A DNA stretch of 56,783 nt, counting the filler, from a bacterium (GTDB lineage: Bacteria; UBA9089; CG2-30-40-21; SBAY01), in assembly GCA_040757115.1 (NCBI GenBank). It is 4 parts of 4 records of this genome, joined end to end, with 100 filler letters (N's around TTAATTAATTAA, not from the genome) between each part and the next. Parts side by side here need not be neighbours in the genome. Positions count along the whole stretch, not along the records: positions 28,653 to 42,765 come from JBFLYA010000096.1; 3 more parts are not named here. One strand, given 5' to 3'. Below the pieces are notes generated by a model. It worked only from the letters and a program-made list of their open reading frames with translations, was not told where the DNA came from and ran no database searches. Position 1 is the first letter of the stretch, and each line of letters opens with the position of its first letter. This document shows positions 30,150 through 39,441 of this stretch, piece by piece. Made by a program: the position numbers and the translations under genes.

Positions 30150-31512
30150 ACTTTTCACTTCCTTTGATTGGTAATTCAACCATAAAAGTAGTTCCTTTAC
30201 CTTCTTCACTCATAACTCTCATAACTCCGCCGTGTCGGTTAACTATTCCTCTGCTAATATATAATCCTAACCCATAACTCTTTCTTTTCGTAGTAAACGA
30301 TAAATCAAATATCTTACTCAAATTATCCTCTGAAATTCCAACTCCTGTATCACTAAATTCGATACATATAAATTTTGCTTCAGGAAAATATTCAATTACT
30401 CTACTTAGAACTTTTAACTTTCCTCCCATTGGCATTGCCTGTATTGCATTATTTATTATATTCATGAATACCTGTTTTAACTGATCTTTATCAGCAAGCA
30501 CTAAAGATAATGACGATTTTAGGGTTTTAGTCAATTTTACATTTGAGGGAACTCGATATTTAATTAATAATAAAACCTCTTTCAGTACTTTATGAACATC
30601 AACTTCAGTAATGTTAGACTTCTCTTGAGAAACTACCTCTAAGAGATTGTTTAATAATATCTTGGAATAGTTAACACTTCGTGTTATTACCCTTATTTCT
30701 TTAGCATTTGGATTATTCTGATCAATGTTAGATGCCAGATAATTTATTGCCTTATCAATAACTTCCAATTCGTTTGTTAAAGTGTGTGCAATTTTATCTG
30801 TTGATTTTCCTAATTTACTTTTGAGCACTCTATGAACATCAATTTCGGCAAAATCTGATTTATCACGAAAGGACAAATCTGAGATATTGCTTAACAATTT
30901 CTTACAATGATTAGCCCTTCGCGCTATTACATCTATTTCTGTAGTATTTGGATTACTCTTCTCAATATTAGATAGCGGATAATTCACTGTGTTATCAATA
31001 ATTTCAAATTCATTCGTCAGATCGTGTATAATCCCAGCTATTACTTCTCCCAATTTAGTCAATTTCGGTAATTTCTTTGAATCAACTTGCTTCTTTTTTC
31101 CAGTAGTCTTGGAATAAACAGGTTGTTTTTTAGAAAGGGTATTTTCTAAAAGAGAATTAACCGTATTTAATATTTGTCTTGGGAAAAAAGGCTTGAATAT
31201 AACTGCTGTTGGTCTAAGTTCTTTTAACTCTTCCTGTTCTTCTCCTAATGCAGTAAGAAAGATAACCGGGATCTTTTGAGTCTGAGGATTTTTTTGTAAT
31301 TCATGGTATACACCAAAACCATCTAATTTAGGCATCATAATATCAGTAATGACTAAATCTGGTCTTTCTGCAAATGCCTTTTGTACTCCTTCTTCCCCAT
31401 CAATAGCTGTGAGAACCTCTAAACCACCACTAGTTAGCCTAGTTAGCTTAGTTTTGATAACCCGTAGAATAACACTATCATCATCTATGACTAAAACTTT
31501 TTTCTTGGGAAT
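30139..31512 (-). CDS. Hybrid histidine kinase: receiver + two tandem HisKA-like domains + HATPase
   Basis: Frame stays open upstream of 31338 (IPKKKVLVIDDD...PDLVITDIMMP) to an ATT 7 nt after GAGGTG; N, G1, F and G2 boxes present. Confidence 0.8.
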   Translation of the reverse strand: MPKKKVLVIDDDSVILRVIKTKLTRLTSGGLEVLTAIDGEEGVQKAFAERPDLVITDIMMPKLDGFGVYHELQKNPQTQKIPVIFLTALGEEQEELKELRPTAVIFKPFFPRQILNTVNSLLENTLSKKQPVYSKTTGKKKQVDSKKLPKLTKLGEVIAGIIHDLTNEFEIIDNTVNYPLSNIEKSNPNTTEIDVIARRANHCKKLLSNISDLSFRDKSDFAEIDVHRVLKSKLGKSTDKIAHTLTNELEVIDKAINYLASNIDQNNPNAKEIRVITRSVNYSKILLNNLLEVVSQEKSNITEVDVHKVLKEVLLLIKYRVPSNVKLTKTLKSSLSLVLADKDQLKQVFMNIINNAIQAMPMGGKLKVLSRVIEYFPEAKFICIEFSDTGVGISEDNLSKIFDLSFTTKRKSYGLGLYISRGIVNRHGGVMRVMSEEGKGTTFMVELPIKGSEKYGR

Positions 31513-31646
31513 CTTAAATCACCTCTTGTGTCAGATTCTTCTTATGTTCCTCAGGCTAGTCTATATCAACCTTTTCAAATCGCCCTTAGATTGCAATCTT
31601 TGAGGTAGATATTCTCTTCCCGGCCATTAAATTGATCGAGATTTCT

Positions 31647-31930
31647 GCTATCGGGATGCGGATGAGCGAAGTGCCCCGAAAGGGGCATAGGTTCGACAGG
31701 CTCACTACAAGTTTTGGCTTCAGCCCCGACCTGCAAGCGCGACCCACTTCGTGGGTGCCCCGCCGCTGCTGATAGCCAAAGTGACGCAGAGCAACTTCTC
31801 TTTTTCAAAAATTCCCCTTGAGTTACATAAAGCTTCCGCCTTTCGCTCATCCGCATCCCCGACCCACTTCGTGGGTGCCCCGCAAAATGCGAATCCCAAA
31901 GGGGTTCGCGCGAAGCGACATTTTGGTTAT
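31647..31930. repeat. GC-rich multi-hairpin repeat 'E', copy 1
   Basis: GGGATGCGGATGAGCGAA...TTCGCTCATCCGCATCCC; two CGACCCACTTCGTGGGTGCCCCG units; homologous to 41758-42220. Confidence 0.8.
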
Positions 31931-32004
31931 TGTTTTGCGGATAAAAGAAGTTGCCAAAGGCAATTTGAGTGAAGCGAAGCGAAACCTTTTATCCGTTGTT
32001 ATCT
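31930..32004 (-). other. attC site (R' end fused to repeat E)
   Basis: Minus-strand AGATAAC overlaps the HEPN stop; CGGATAAAAG/CTTTTATCCG arms; closely similar to 35734-35819. Confidence 0.75.
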
Positions 32005-32457
32005 GCCGTTTGTGGGCATTTTGCTTTTTTGTCTTCGCTCAATCTCTTTAATTTTTTGTTCCACAAATTCATAAATCTCTGTTGCTATTGCTACAGATTC
32101 ATCTGCCATTTCAGGGGTAAAGTCATATATTGGTAGTTCAGGATACCGTGCTTCATGTTGATAAGGATGGAGAATCAAAGACTTAGACCGTAATCTAAGA
32201 AATTCCTTATCTCCCTGGCCACATAGATCAATCAATGTCCGCAAAGAATGAAGTTCAGGGGCTGATTTGCCCATCGCTTCAAGAAAGGCTTTTAGGCTTT
32301 TTTCTACACATTCACGAGCCTCAAAACATGGCTTATGGTAAAAGTATGTTCTATCTTCCAAACCACTCCTTGCCCATTCAAGGTCACTCTTTGCATAAAA
32401 CAATAATTGCTTGTAGTACTTATCAGGATAACCCGGCTTTATCTCTTTGTTTCTCAT
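31999..32457 (-). CDS. HEPN domain protein (MNT-HEPN pair)
   Basis: CFEARECVEKSLKAFL, HSL and ARYP motifs. Confidence 0.88.
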   Translation of the reverse strand: MRNKEIKPGYPDKYYKQLLFYAKSDLEWARSGLEDRTYFYHKPCFEARECVEKSLKAFLEAMGKSAPELHSLRTLIDLCGQGDKEFLRLRSKSLILHPYQHEARYPELPIYDFTPEMADESVAIATEIYEFVEQKIKEIERRQKSKMPTNGR

Positions 32458-32824
32458 ATAACACTTTCCCTTTATTTATAATCTCTTGTTTCAGAAAGGA
32501 ATTACCACTTTTTATACCCTTTTCTATTTGTTTGGGAGTTCTAACTATTACATCCAGAGCAAAAAACCTTCCAGAAAATAATTCATCAATCTTGCGTTCA
32601 GCTTCTCGTACATTTCTAATCCTTTGTTTAACAATATAGAGGTCTATATCGTGAGAATTTTGCATATTCCTGGCAGCTGAACCAAAAAGGATTATTTTCT
32701 CAGGATTAAAATATTTTACTATCTTATCCCGAATCTCCTCTATAAGTGAAGAAGTAATGGGTTCAAGAATTACCTTTTCTTTCCTTTTCATTGGTTCTGC
32801 TTCATATTTACCCATGGTTTGCAT
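32423..32824 (-). CDS. Minimal nucleotidyltransferase (MNT)
   Basis: ILFGSAAR...DIDL and GKVLYE; overlaps the HEPN gene. Confidence 0.9.
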   Translation of the reverse strand: MQTMGKYEAEPMKRKEKVILEPITSSLIEEIRDKIVKYFNPEKIILFGSAARNMQNSHDIDLYIVKQRIRNVREAERKIDELFSGRFFALDVIVRTPKQIEKGIKSGNSFLKQEIINKGKVLYEKQRDKAGLS

Positions 32825-32848
32825 CCTCTCCTTTTACCCACAATGAGC

Positions 32849-32936
32849 AGATAACGGCTCTAGCATATACGACGTTGCCAAAGGCAATGTCCCGAAGGGC
32901 AAGGGCGAAACCCGCAACGTATATGCTGTGTTAGTC
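32849..32936 (-). other. attC site
   Basis: Minus strand GACTAAC...AGCATATACG...CGTATATGCT...GTTATCT; overlaps the stop of 32931-33731. Confidence 0.82.
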
Positions 32937-33731
32937 GAAGTTTGGCTCATCTTCTTTGATGATATCATAAATATATTTCTTTAAGGTTTCTTTGAGCTTC
33001 TCACAACCTTCAGAGTTGTCAGAATATATTATGTGTCTAAATCGTAGTAGATCGAATGGTATCTCTTTGACATCTTGAGTAATCAGTATTACACGTTTCC
33101 CTAAAGTGTGTGCTATTCCAAGTTCATAAAACACATTTGGATTTTGTCCCGTGATATCTGCAATAATTATTTTGGCCTTAACTATACTTTCATAGATGTC
33201 GATCATTACGTCTTGTCCACATAAGTCATCAGCTCTTTGACAAATTAGAGGGGGTGTCAAATCGAGTCCTGTAACCGAAGGACGAATATGTTTCTTCCAA
33301 ACTCTCTCAGACCAGTTTGTAGAAAATGGCATTAGTACGAATATAAGGTTATTACATTCATCAATTCTTCTTATATGGAAAGGGCACTTTTTCTCTATGT
33401 AATCTCTTTCATGGTATTTAACCTGAGCCAGTTTGATTTCCGATGAAAGAATAATCTCAAGTGCTCCGATTCTCTGTTGAAATACAGTTATCCTTTCACT
33501 TTTGTTTTTGGGAGTATTTCCTTTAAAATATTGGGCGTGATCCCAAATACAATAGGGGGTACCATAAGTAATACAACTTCCAGCAGGATCTAGAGAGTGC
33601 ACATAATTCCCAGTCATTGATTCCCATTTTGAGATTTCGTTTAAGTTAAAAGTGCCAGATTGCAGTAATTGATTTCCTCTTTCCAATTGCTTTTTAAGTT
33701 TCTCTACCAAATCTTGATTCAATTTAATCAT
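32931..33731 (-). CDS. TIR-like / nucleoside 2-deoxyribosyltransferase-like protein
   Basis: FVLMPF, RADD, IADITGQNPNVFYELGIAH and IPFDL motifs. Confidence 0.7.
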   Translation of the reverse strand: MIKLNQDLVEKLKKQLERGNQLLQSGTFNLNEISKWESMTGNYVHSLDPAGSCITYGTPYCIWDHAQYFKGNTPKNKSERITVFQQRIGALEIILSSEIKLAQVKYHERDYIEKKCPFHIRRIDECNNLIFVLMPFSTNWSERVWKKHIRPSVTGLDLTPPLICQRADDLCGQDVMIDIYESIVKAKIIIADITGQNPNVFYELGIAHTLGKRVILITQDVKEIPFDLLRFRHIIYSDNSEGCEKLKETLKKYIYDIIKEDEPNFD

Positions 33732-33982
33732 CGCTTAATCTCGTATAATAGAAATTACCAAATTTCGCCTACCTTATTTATATCCGAACAGGTTCGGATA
33801 TACCCCCAATTTTGACTCTGGCTGAAAAAGCCAAAACACTCCTTCTATTAACTTTTGTCTCCCATCACTTCCCTTTCTTCAGGCTCAAGGTATCCAGTGG
33901 ACTCTTTTATTAAACTGAACTAATAGGAATTTGCTTTTTGGACATTTTGGATGTTAATTTCTCTTTTATTCATTATGGAGAT

Positions 33983-34011
33983 ATTTTACCAAAAATTTTA
34001 TCTTGTCTCAA
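33983..34011 (-). promoter_or_regulatory. Putative promoter facing the downstream cassettes, partly duplicated at 34040-34062
   Basis: TTGAGA-17 bp-TAAAAT with TG; direct repeat GATATT(T/C)TACCAAAAATTTTATCTT. Confidence 0.45.
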
Positions 34012-34056
34012 TAAAAATTTGCTTTTTTAGATCTCAGGGATATTCTACCAAAAATT

Positions 34057-34644
34057 TTATCTTAGGGGTATTGCAACCGCCTTATATTTTTTAAATTTCC
34101 AGCATATGGCTGTTTTGTATGGTTTTTCTACTTGTCTTTTTCTTTTTATATCTTTCTTACCCCCTTCCTTCTTACTGACTACCTCTTTACCCCTCTTTAC
34201 TTCACCCCTTTTTCTATAGGTATTCTTTGTGTCAAGGATTACCCCTCCGATAAGGAAGTATTGCTGTGTCCAGGTTCCGCTGTGTATTTCCCTAACCATC
34301 TCTTTATATAGAAGGTGTCTTTGATGGTGTATCAATGGGTTTTATTGGATAATCTGCTAATGCCAAATTCTGAAGATAGCCCCTATCCTTAAGCCACCTT
34401 GCAATCGCAACAAACTTTGCTATTCTAATAAGCTCTTTGTAAATAGGCACCTCCTTTGCAAATTCTTCATAATTATTTTCAAAGAAAGAGGCAAATTCCT
34501 CTGGTGCTTGATATTTACTTTCACTTTCAACCCCCATTACAATCTTATCAAACATAATGCTTTCTCCTTCCTCTATGAGGACAACCTCTTTTGGCTTAAA
34601 CCAGATTCTGCTGAAATGCCCTATTTTTATATTCTCATCTTTCG
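34057..34644 (-). pseudogene. 5'-truncated, frameshifted gene remnant
   Basis: Frame of 34304-34555 stays open up to the junction near 34644 with no proper start and appears to continue in the overlapping 34057-34335 frame. Confidence 0.5.
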
Positions 34645-34661
34645 GTTAGGTGAAGTCGCTA

Positions 34662-35150
34662 TCATTTTTTCACTGTTTCATATAGACGCTGTGTACCACT
34701 GTCATATTTTATTTCTATTAGTTCATTGCTTAAGCACGTGTGAAAAGAAATAACAACCATTTCTCGTCCTTTCGGGTAAAATTCATGAGTTACACCCTTA
34801 TCTATCACATACCAGCAATCTTCATTTTGCTGGTCGAATAATCTCATCTCCTCGCAACGGCCGGCAATTTTGACCTCTCCCTTCCCTTCGACTATTACCG
34901 TGTGTTGAGTACTATTTGGATGATAATGAGCAATAGAAGGAACATTCTTTTTGTTAACGAATATCCAAATAGATTTGATGTTCTGTGGTAGTCTCTCACG
35001 AAAAGACTCTATTCTTATGGCCCTCCCTATGAATGGTTCATTAGACTTCCGAAGCTGTAATTTGAGATTTTCAATAGTTTCTTTGATTGATGCGTCTTCT
35101 AATAATATTTTAACCACAACACTTAGATCCTTCAAATACTCCTTTTCCAT
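34662..35150 (-). CDS. Cupin-like protein
   Basis: HYHPNSTQH and GVTHEF motifs. Confidence 0.6.
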   Translation of the reverse strand: MEKEYLKDLSVVVKILLEDASIKETIENLKLQLRKSNEPFIGRAIRIESFRERLPQNIKSIWIFVNKKNVPSIAHYHPNSTQHTVIVEGKGEVKIAGRCEEMRLFDQQNEDCWYVIDKGVTHEFYPKGREMVVISFHTCLSNELIEIKYDSGTQRLYETVKK

Positions 35151-35201
35151 AAAGTTTCTCCTAAGAATACGCCTCTTTCAACATAAACATTTGCCAAATC
35201 T

Positions 35202-35654
35202 CTAATCTATAAAATATTTTACAAAGCCAGTTTTAACTCCTTTTTCAAATCCAGCATTACCATAAAATCGTAATGTATTTTCATCTTTTCTACTGGTCAT
35301 AAGCATAACCTTATAACAATTCTTTTCTTTGGCAATTTCAATTGCTCTTTTTAGTATGGCTGTTCCATATCCTTTTTTTCTATAATTCTTATGAGTTACT
35401 ACATTTTCAATTAATGCATAAGGACATGCATTCCTTGTTAAATTTCTTATTATGATTAAATTACATGAGGATATAATTTTTCCATTTTCTTCAATCACTA
35501 AACAAAAATGATTAGGGTCTTCAAATATTTCTTTCCATAGTTTTTTCAATGTCTCATCAATTTCAATCTTGGGATCATTTACATGCAAATGTTTATAAAG
35601 TTCTAATAATTGTTCAATCTCATTAAATTTTATCATTCTCACTTTTTCAATCAT
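35202..35654 (-). CDS. GNAT family N-acetyltransferase
   Basis: IENVVTHKNYRKKGYG, CYKVML and FYxxxGF motifs. Confidence 0.92.
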   Translation of the reverse strand: MIEKVRMIKFNEIEQLLELYKHLHVNDPKIEIDETLKKLWKEIFEDPNHFCLVIEENGKIISSCNLIIIRNLTRNACPYALIENVVTHKNYRKKGYGTAILKRAIEIAKEKNCYKVMLMTSRKDENTLRFYGNAGFEKGVKTGFVKYFID

Positions 35655-35733
35655 ATTTTAAGACCTCAAATTTAGTTAAAGCGATGGGCAAGACAGTAAA
35701 CGTATATTTAATCAAAATTGGACAGGGCATTTC

Positions 35734-35819
35734 ACCTAACGTTCTGCGGATAAAAGAAGTTGCCCAAGGCAATTTGGGCGAAGGTGCGAAGCACCGTAGC
35801 CTTTTATCCGCTGTTAGGC
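35734..35819 (-). other. attC site
   Basis: Minus strand GCCTAAC-AGCGGATAAAAG...CTTTTATCCGCAGAAC-GTTAGGT. Confidence 0.85.
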
Positions 35820-35834
35820 GATAGTGCAATACCA

Positions 35835-35936
35835 TTAGAGATACCTCCTTACTTTTTTCATATAATCCTTATATTCTTTGCCATACTGTTCTATTAAAAA
35901 CTCTCTTTCATCTCTTTCCACATCGTAATAAGTATA
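35835..35936 (-). pseudogene. 3' remnant of an isoprenylcysteine carboxyl methyltransferase-family gene
   Basis: Manual translation YTYYDVERDEREFLIEQYGKEYKDYMKKVRRYL*, just before an attC, with an in-frame stop upstream. Confidence 0.55.
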
Positions 35937-35970
35937 TCATAAGGCAAGGTAAAAGCTATCAATTTTTTTC

Positions 35971-37299
35971 TCACCACCCTTTTTCGGATAACAGCCATTG
36001 CCATAGTGGTAAAAATCTAATTTTTTTACCCTCTATCTTTTCTTCAAATTCATCATCTTCAGTAATAACCAGGCCTTCTTTAAGACCAAATTCCTCCATT
36101 GCCTTAATGAGTGCCTTGATTTCTCTCTGCTTAGTCTTCTCATCGTAGACATTGGAGCAAACCTGAATAAGTTGCTTTGTCTTTAGTTTTTCTTTCAAAA
36201 CAAAATCTACTTCTCTGTGAAATTGGTCTTTCCAGTAAAAGATTTCTAACTCTGGTGTTTCTCTTATTTTTTCTTTTAATTTTAAGTAAGTTATATTCTC
36301 TAATAATCTGCCTGAATTTTCGCTCGTCCTGAAACCTATCATATTTGCTAACCCTGTATCTATGCAGTAGACTTTTTTGGGACTTTTATCCTGTTCCTTT
36401 ACCTTAAAAGAAAACCTCTTCAAAAAAAATAAAATATAGGCATCTTCAAAATAAGTAGAGAATTTTTCTATTGTATCAGCAGAGAGATTTAAATATTTTT
36501 CAATAGAGTTAAAGGTTATCAAATTTGATATGTTGGTGAGGTAATATTTGGCTAAACTTTTTATGGCTTCTTTTTTTCTTATATTGAATCTCTTTATCAG
36601 GTCTTTATTTAACACATCCTCATAATACCTTAGTAATATATCCTTTTTTTGTTGGTGTAAAACAACCTCCGGAAATGAGCCAAATTCAATATATTTCCTT
36701 AACAAAGCTTTGATTTCGTTCTGTTTGTTTATCATCTCAAGTTTATCTTTTAATTGCAGATTGTTAAAAAGCAAATGTTCTCTAAAGGAAAGTGGATATA
36801 CAGTCATATCAAGGTGCATTCCGGTCAATAAGCTGGAAAGTTCACGACTTAATAATTTTGCGTTTGAACCGGAAATAACAATTTTTGCCTTTTGTAATTC
36901 TCGTGTGGTTCTAACCCATTTTTCCCATCCAGTAACCTCCTGAACCTCATCAAGAAAGATATAGGGCTTCCCTTTTGGACTCAAAAACTCTAAATATGTT
37001 TCATAAATCCTTTGCAGGACTTCTACATCCAATTGAGTAAATCTGGGGTCTTCAAAATTTATGATGAGAATTTCATTCTTATTGACCCCACTACTTACTA
37101 ATCTTTTAGCCACCTGCCTCATAATGAATGATTTGCCACTTCTTCTTGCACCGGTTATGACCGTAATAAGCCCAGTATTTAAAAATTCTATTAACTTATT
37201 GACATAAGAATCTCTGTTAATGCCGGTTTCTATATCCTTTTCCCAGAAGTTCCAATCAGAAAGGATTCGGACAATCTCGTTTTTCTTCATTATTTTCAC
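35971..37299 (-). CDS. ATP-binding protein (AAA_14 + DUF4143)
   Basis: GARRSGKS, FLDEVQ, SGSN, GSFPE, KVYCIDTG and EVDF; own promoter TTGACA-17-TATACT at 37363-37335. Confidence 0.9.
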   Translation of the reverse strand: MKIMKKNEIVRILSDWNFWEKDIETGINRDSYVNKLIEFLNTGLITVITGARRSGKSFIMRQVAKRLVSSGVNKNEILIINFEDPRFTQLDVEVLQRIYETYLEFLSPKGKPYIFLDEVQEVTGWEKWVRTTRELQKAKIVISGSNAKLLSRELSSLLTGMHLDMTVYPLSFREHLLFNNLQLKDKLEMINKQNEIKALLRKYIEFGSFPEVVLHQQKKDILLRYYEDVLNKDLIKRFNIRKKEAIKSLAKYYLTNISNLITFNSIEKYLNLSADTIEKFSTYFEDAYILFFLKRFSFKVKEQDKSPKKVYCIDTGLANMIGFRTSENSGRLLENITYLKLKEKIRETPELEIFYWKDQFHREVDFVLKEKLKTKQLIQVCSNVYDEKTKQREIKALIKAMEEFGLKEGLVITEDDEFEEKIEGKKIRFLPLWQWLLSEKGW

Positions 37300-37451
37300 C
37301 TTTATTAGTCAAAATTTACAAATTTTACCTAATAAGTATACAAAAATTTGGTAAAGATGTCAACTAAAACTTTTCCGATTAGCAACCAATGAGCCAGGGC
37401 AAGGTTGCAAAGCAATCGCAAAGTTCTTAAACCCCGCCTATCAAAAAAATA

Positions 37452-38648
37452 TTATTTCAGCCATTGTTGCATAGCATTTTTATAGCTTTGTGAATATCCC
37501 GTATGAGCTGTACACAGTATAGAAATATTTTCAAGTTCTGCTAATTTCTTAATAGATTCCTTCTGTGTTTCAGTATCTATATTATGAAAAGGACTGAAAA
37601 TCTCAACTTTTCCGTCTTTTAATGTTAGTGTATCTCCACTACAAAGAATCTTATCGTTGATTAAGTAAGCCATATGTCCAGGAGTATGTCCTGGTGTAGC
37701 AATCGCCTCGACTTTAATTTTCCCAACATTAACTACATCTTTATCTTTAAGAAGATTATATTTTTTGTATATCTTTACAGGATTGTGTGCGAAAAACAAT
37801 CTGGCCGTAGTTCCATTAATCATTTGTTCTTCTTCTTTGCCTATATATAATTTCGCACCTTTGAATAAATCAAACTTGCCAAAAAAATCGACCCCGCCAG
37901 CATGATCTGGATCAGCATGGGTTAGAAACAAATGAGTAATTGAATCAGGATCAATATTTATCTTTCTAAACTCATTTCTAAGATCATCATATTTATATCC
38001 TGCATCAATACAAATGGTATTTTCTCTATCTGAATAGATAAATAGATTAGCATCTCTATCTTTGATAACATATAGACCCTCAGTTAGTTTTCCTGTTTCT
38101 ACAGGATACCACGTCTTACTTGGTAATGATGCAATCCAGACAAACAACTCTGCGATTGCAAATTCTATTCTAGGAAAAAGGCAAGGGACTTCCTTTTTAT
38201 AGTGCAAATAATCCTGGCCAAATTTTCTCTCCAAATATTTTTCCTCTTTAACTATGAGAATTCTAAATACAAGGTACATAAAGAGAGGAATTGAAATCCC
38301 TAATAAAGAACCAAAAATTAGAACTATTCCTGGAACAATAAAGACTATCCACGCTGCATATATTGGGTGTCGGAAGAAAGAGTATATTCCACTTTTATAT
38401 AATTTTCCTTCATAAAAATATTTATCAATTGTAAACGCAGGTATCAAAAAGATAGGAACTCCCAAAATGAGAAGGATAATGCCTAATATAACATTTACAG
38501 ATCCAGATATTACCTCAAATGTAAGTGAAGGGTAATAAACAAAATGCAAAATAAAAATTATAATTCCATAAATAACCGATATTAGAGCGAATTTGGGTCC
38601 AACTCCCCATTTTGTCATTTCCTTGTTCATAGATGAATAACCTTTCAT
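37452..38648 (-). CDS. Fusion of an ICMT/PEMT-like membrane methyltransferase and an MBL-fold hydrolase
   Basis: GIYSFFRHPIY and EEKYLERKFG then THADPDHAGG, TPGHTPGH, GD and TAH. Confidence 0.82.
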   Translation of the reverse strand: MKGYSSMNKEMTKWGVGPKFALISVIYGIIIFILHFVYYPSLTFEVISGSVNVILGIILLILGVPIFLIPAFTIDKYFYEGKLYKSGIYSFFRHPIYAAWIVFIVPGIVLIFGSLLGISIPLFMYLVFRILIVKEEKYLERKFGQDYLHYKKEVPCLFPRIEFAIAELFVWIASLPSKTWYPVETGKLTEGLYVIKDRDANLFIYSDRENTICIDAGYKYDDLRNEFRKINIDPDSITHLFLTHADPDHAGGVDFFGKFDLFKGAKLYIGKEEEQMINGTTARLFFAHNPVKIYKKYNLLKDKDVVNVGKIKVEAIATPGHTPGHMAYLINDKILCSGDTLTLKDGKVEIFSPFHNIDTETQKESIKKLAELENISILCTAHTGYSQSYKNAMQQWLK

Positions 38649-38673
38649 ATTTTTTAGGTTGAATTCATACTTT

Positions 38674-39333
38674 TTATTTCTTTAGCCATATTTCCAAATC
38701 AATAGGATTTTCTTTGACTTGGCATGTCTTAAATTTAGTTTTAGACACAAGTTCTATAATTTCTTCTTTATTATAGGAATCCTTTATCGAGTGCTTAAGC
38801 CCCCATCTCATAATGAATGAATCAATCTTTTCTAAGAGTTTACTTATCTCTTCTCTAGAAATATCTTTTCTTAAGTCACATATCAGAGCTCTTCCTTTGC
38901 TATTAAGTATTCTGCATGCTTCATTAAATACCTTAATAGGTTTTTTCCAATGATGAAGAGAACCACTACTAACTACAAAATCAAAAGTGTTATCCTCAAA
39001 TGGCATATTTGATGCATCTCCCAGTTCAAATTTAAGTTCTGCACCAGCATCTTTTGCGTTCCTTTTTGCGATCTCTATCATTGTTTCACTAATATCCAAT
39101 CCTATTATTTGGAAAGCACCAAGTTTTGAAAGCTCTATTGATATATAGCCTGGACCGGGTCCTATCTCAAGGACTTTTCCGTTTTTAAGCTGCTCAGTAA
39201 CGCTGCATGCAATTCTTTTATATTCATCCATTAATACTTTCTTTGCAAATTTATCATACTTTTCTGCAAACCAGCCTTCGATTCCACCTTTTGAGGTAAA
39301 CTGCTTTATTGTTCTGAATAAGTTTCTTGTCAT
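38674..39333 (-). CDS. Class I SAM-dependent methyltransferase
   Basis: VLEIGPGPG, GLDIS, GDASNMPFEDNTFD and SLHHW motifs. Confidence 0.92.
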   Translation of the reverse strand: MTRNLFRTIKQFTSKGGIEGWFAEKYDKFAKKVLMDEYKRIACSVTEQLKNGKVLEIGPGPGYISIELSKLGAFQIIGLDISETMIEIAKRNAKDAGAELKFELGDASNMPFEDNTFDFVVSSGSLHHWKKPIKVFNEACRILNSKGRALICDLRKDISREEISKLLEKIDSFIMRWGLKHSIKDSYNKEEIIELVSKTKFKTCQVKENPIDLEIWLKK

Positions 39334-39377
39334 CTTATCGTCTCTATACCTATTATTAATGTGGGGTTCGGAATTTC

Positions 39378-39441
39378 ATCTAACGACTGAGCTCACCTGT
39401 CCGCCTTAGTTAGGCGGGTCAGGTGCAGCGATTGGTTAGAC
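39378..39441 (-). other. attC site (64 bp, canonical)
   Basis: Minus strand GTCTAAC-CAATCGCTGCACCTGACC...CAGGTGAGCTCAGTC-GTTAGAT; overlaps the MBL gene stop. Confidence 0.9.

Noticed and set aside
33760-33840. Possible attI or degenerate attC (TATATCCGAACAGGTTCGGATATA palindrome next to minus-strand GGTAGGC)
   Set aside because: Core reads GGT rather than GTT, no matching AAC box and no adjacent integrase; not supportable
37375-37445. Possible attC downstream of the ICMT-MBL fusion
   Set aside because: No paired AAC/GTT boxes or convincing palindrome
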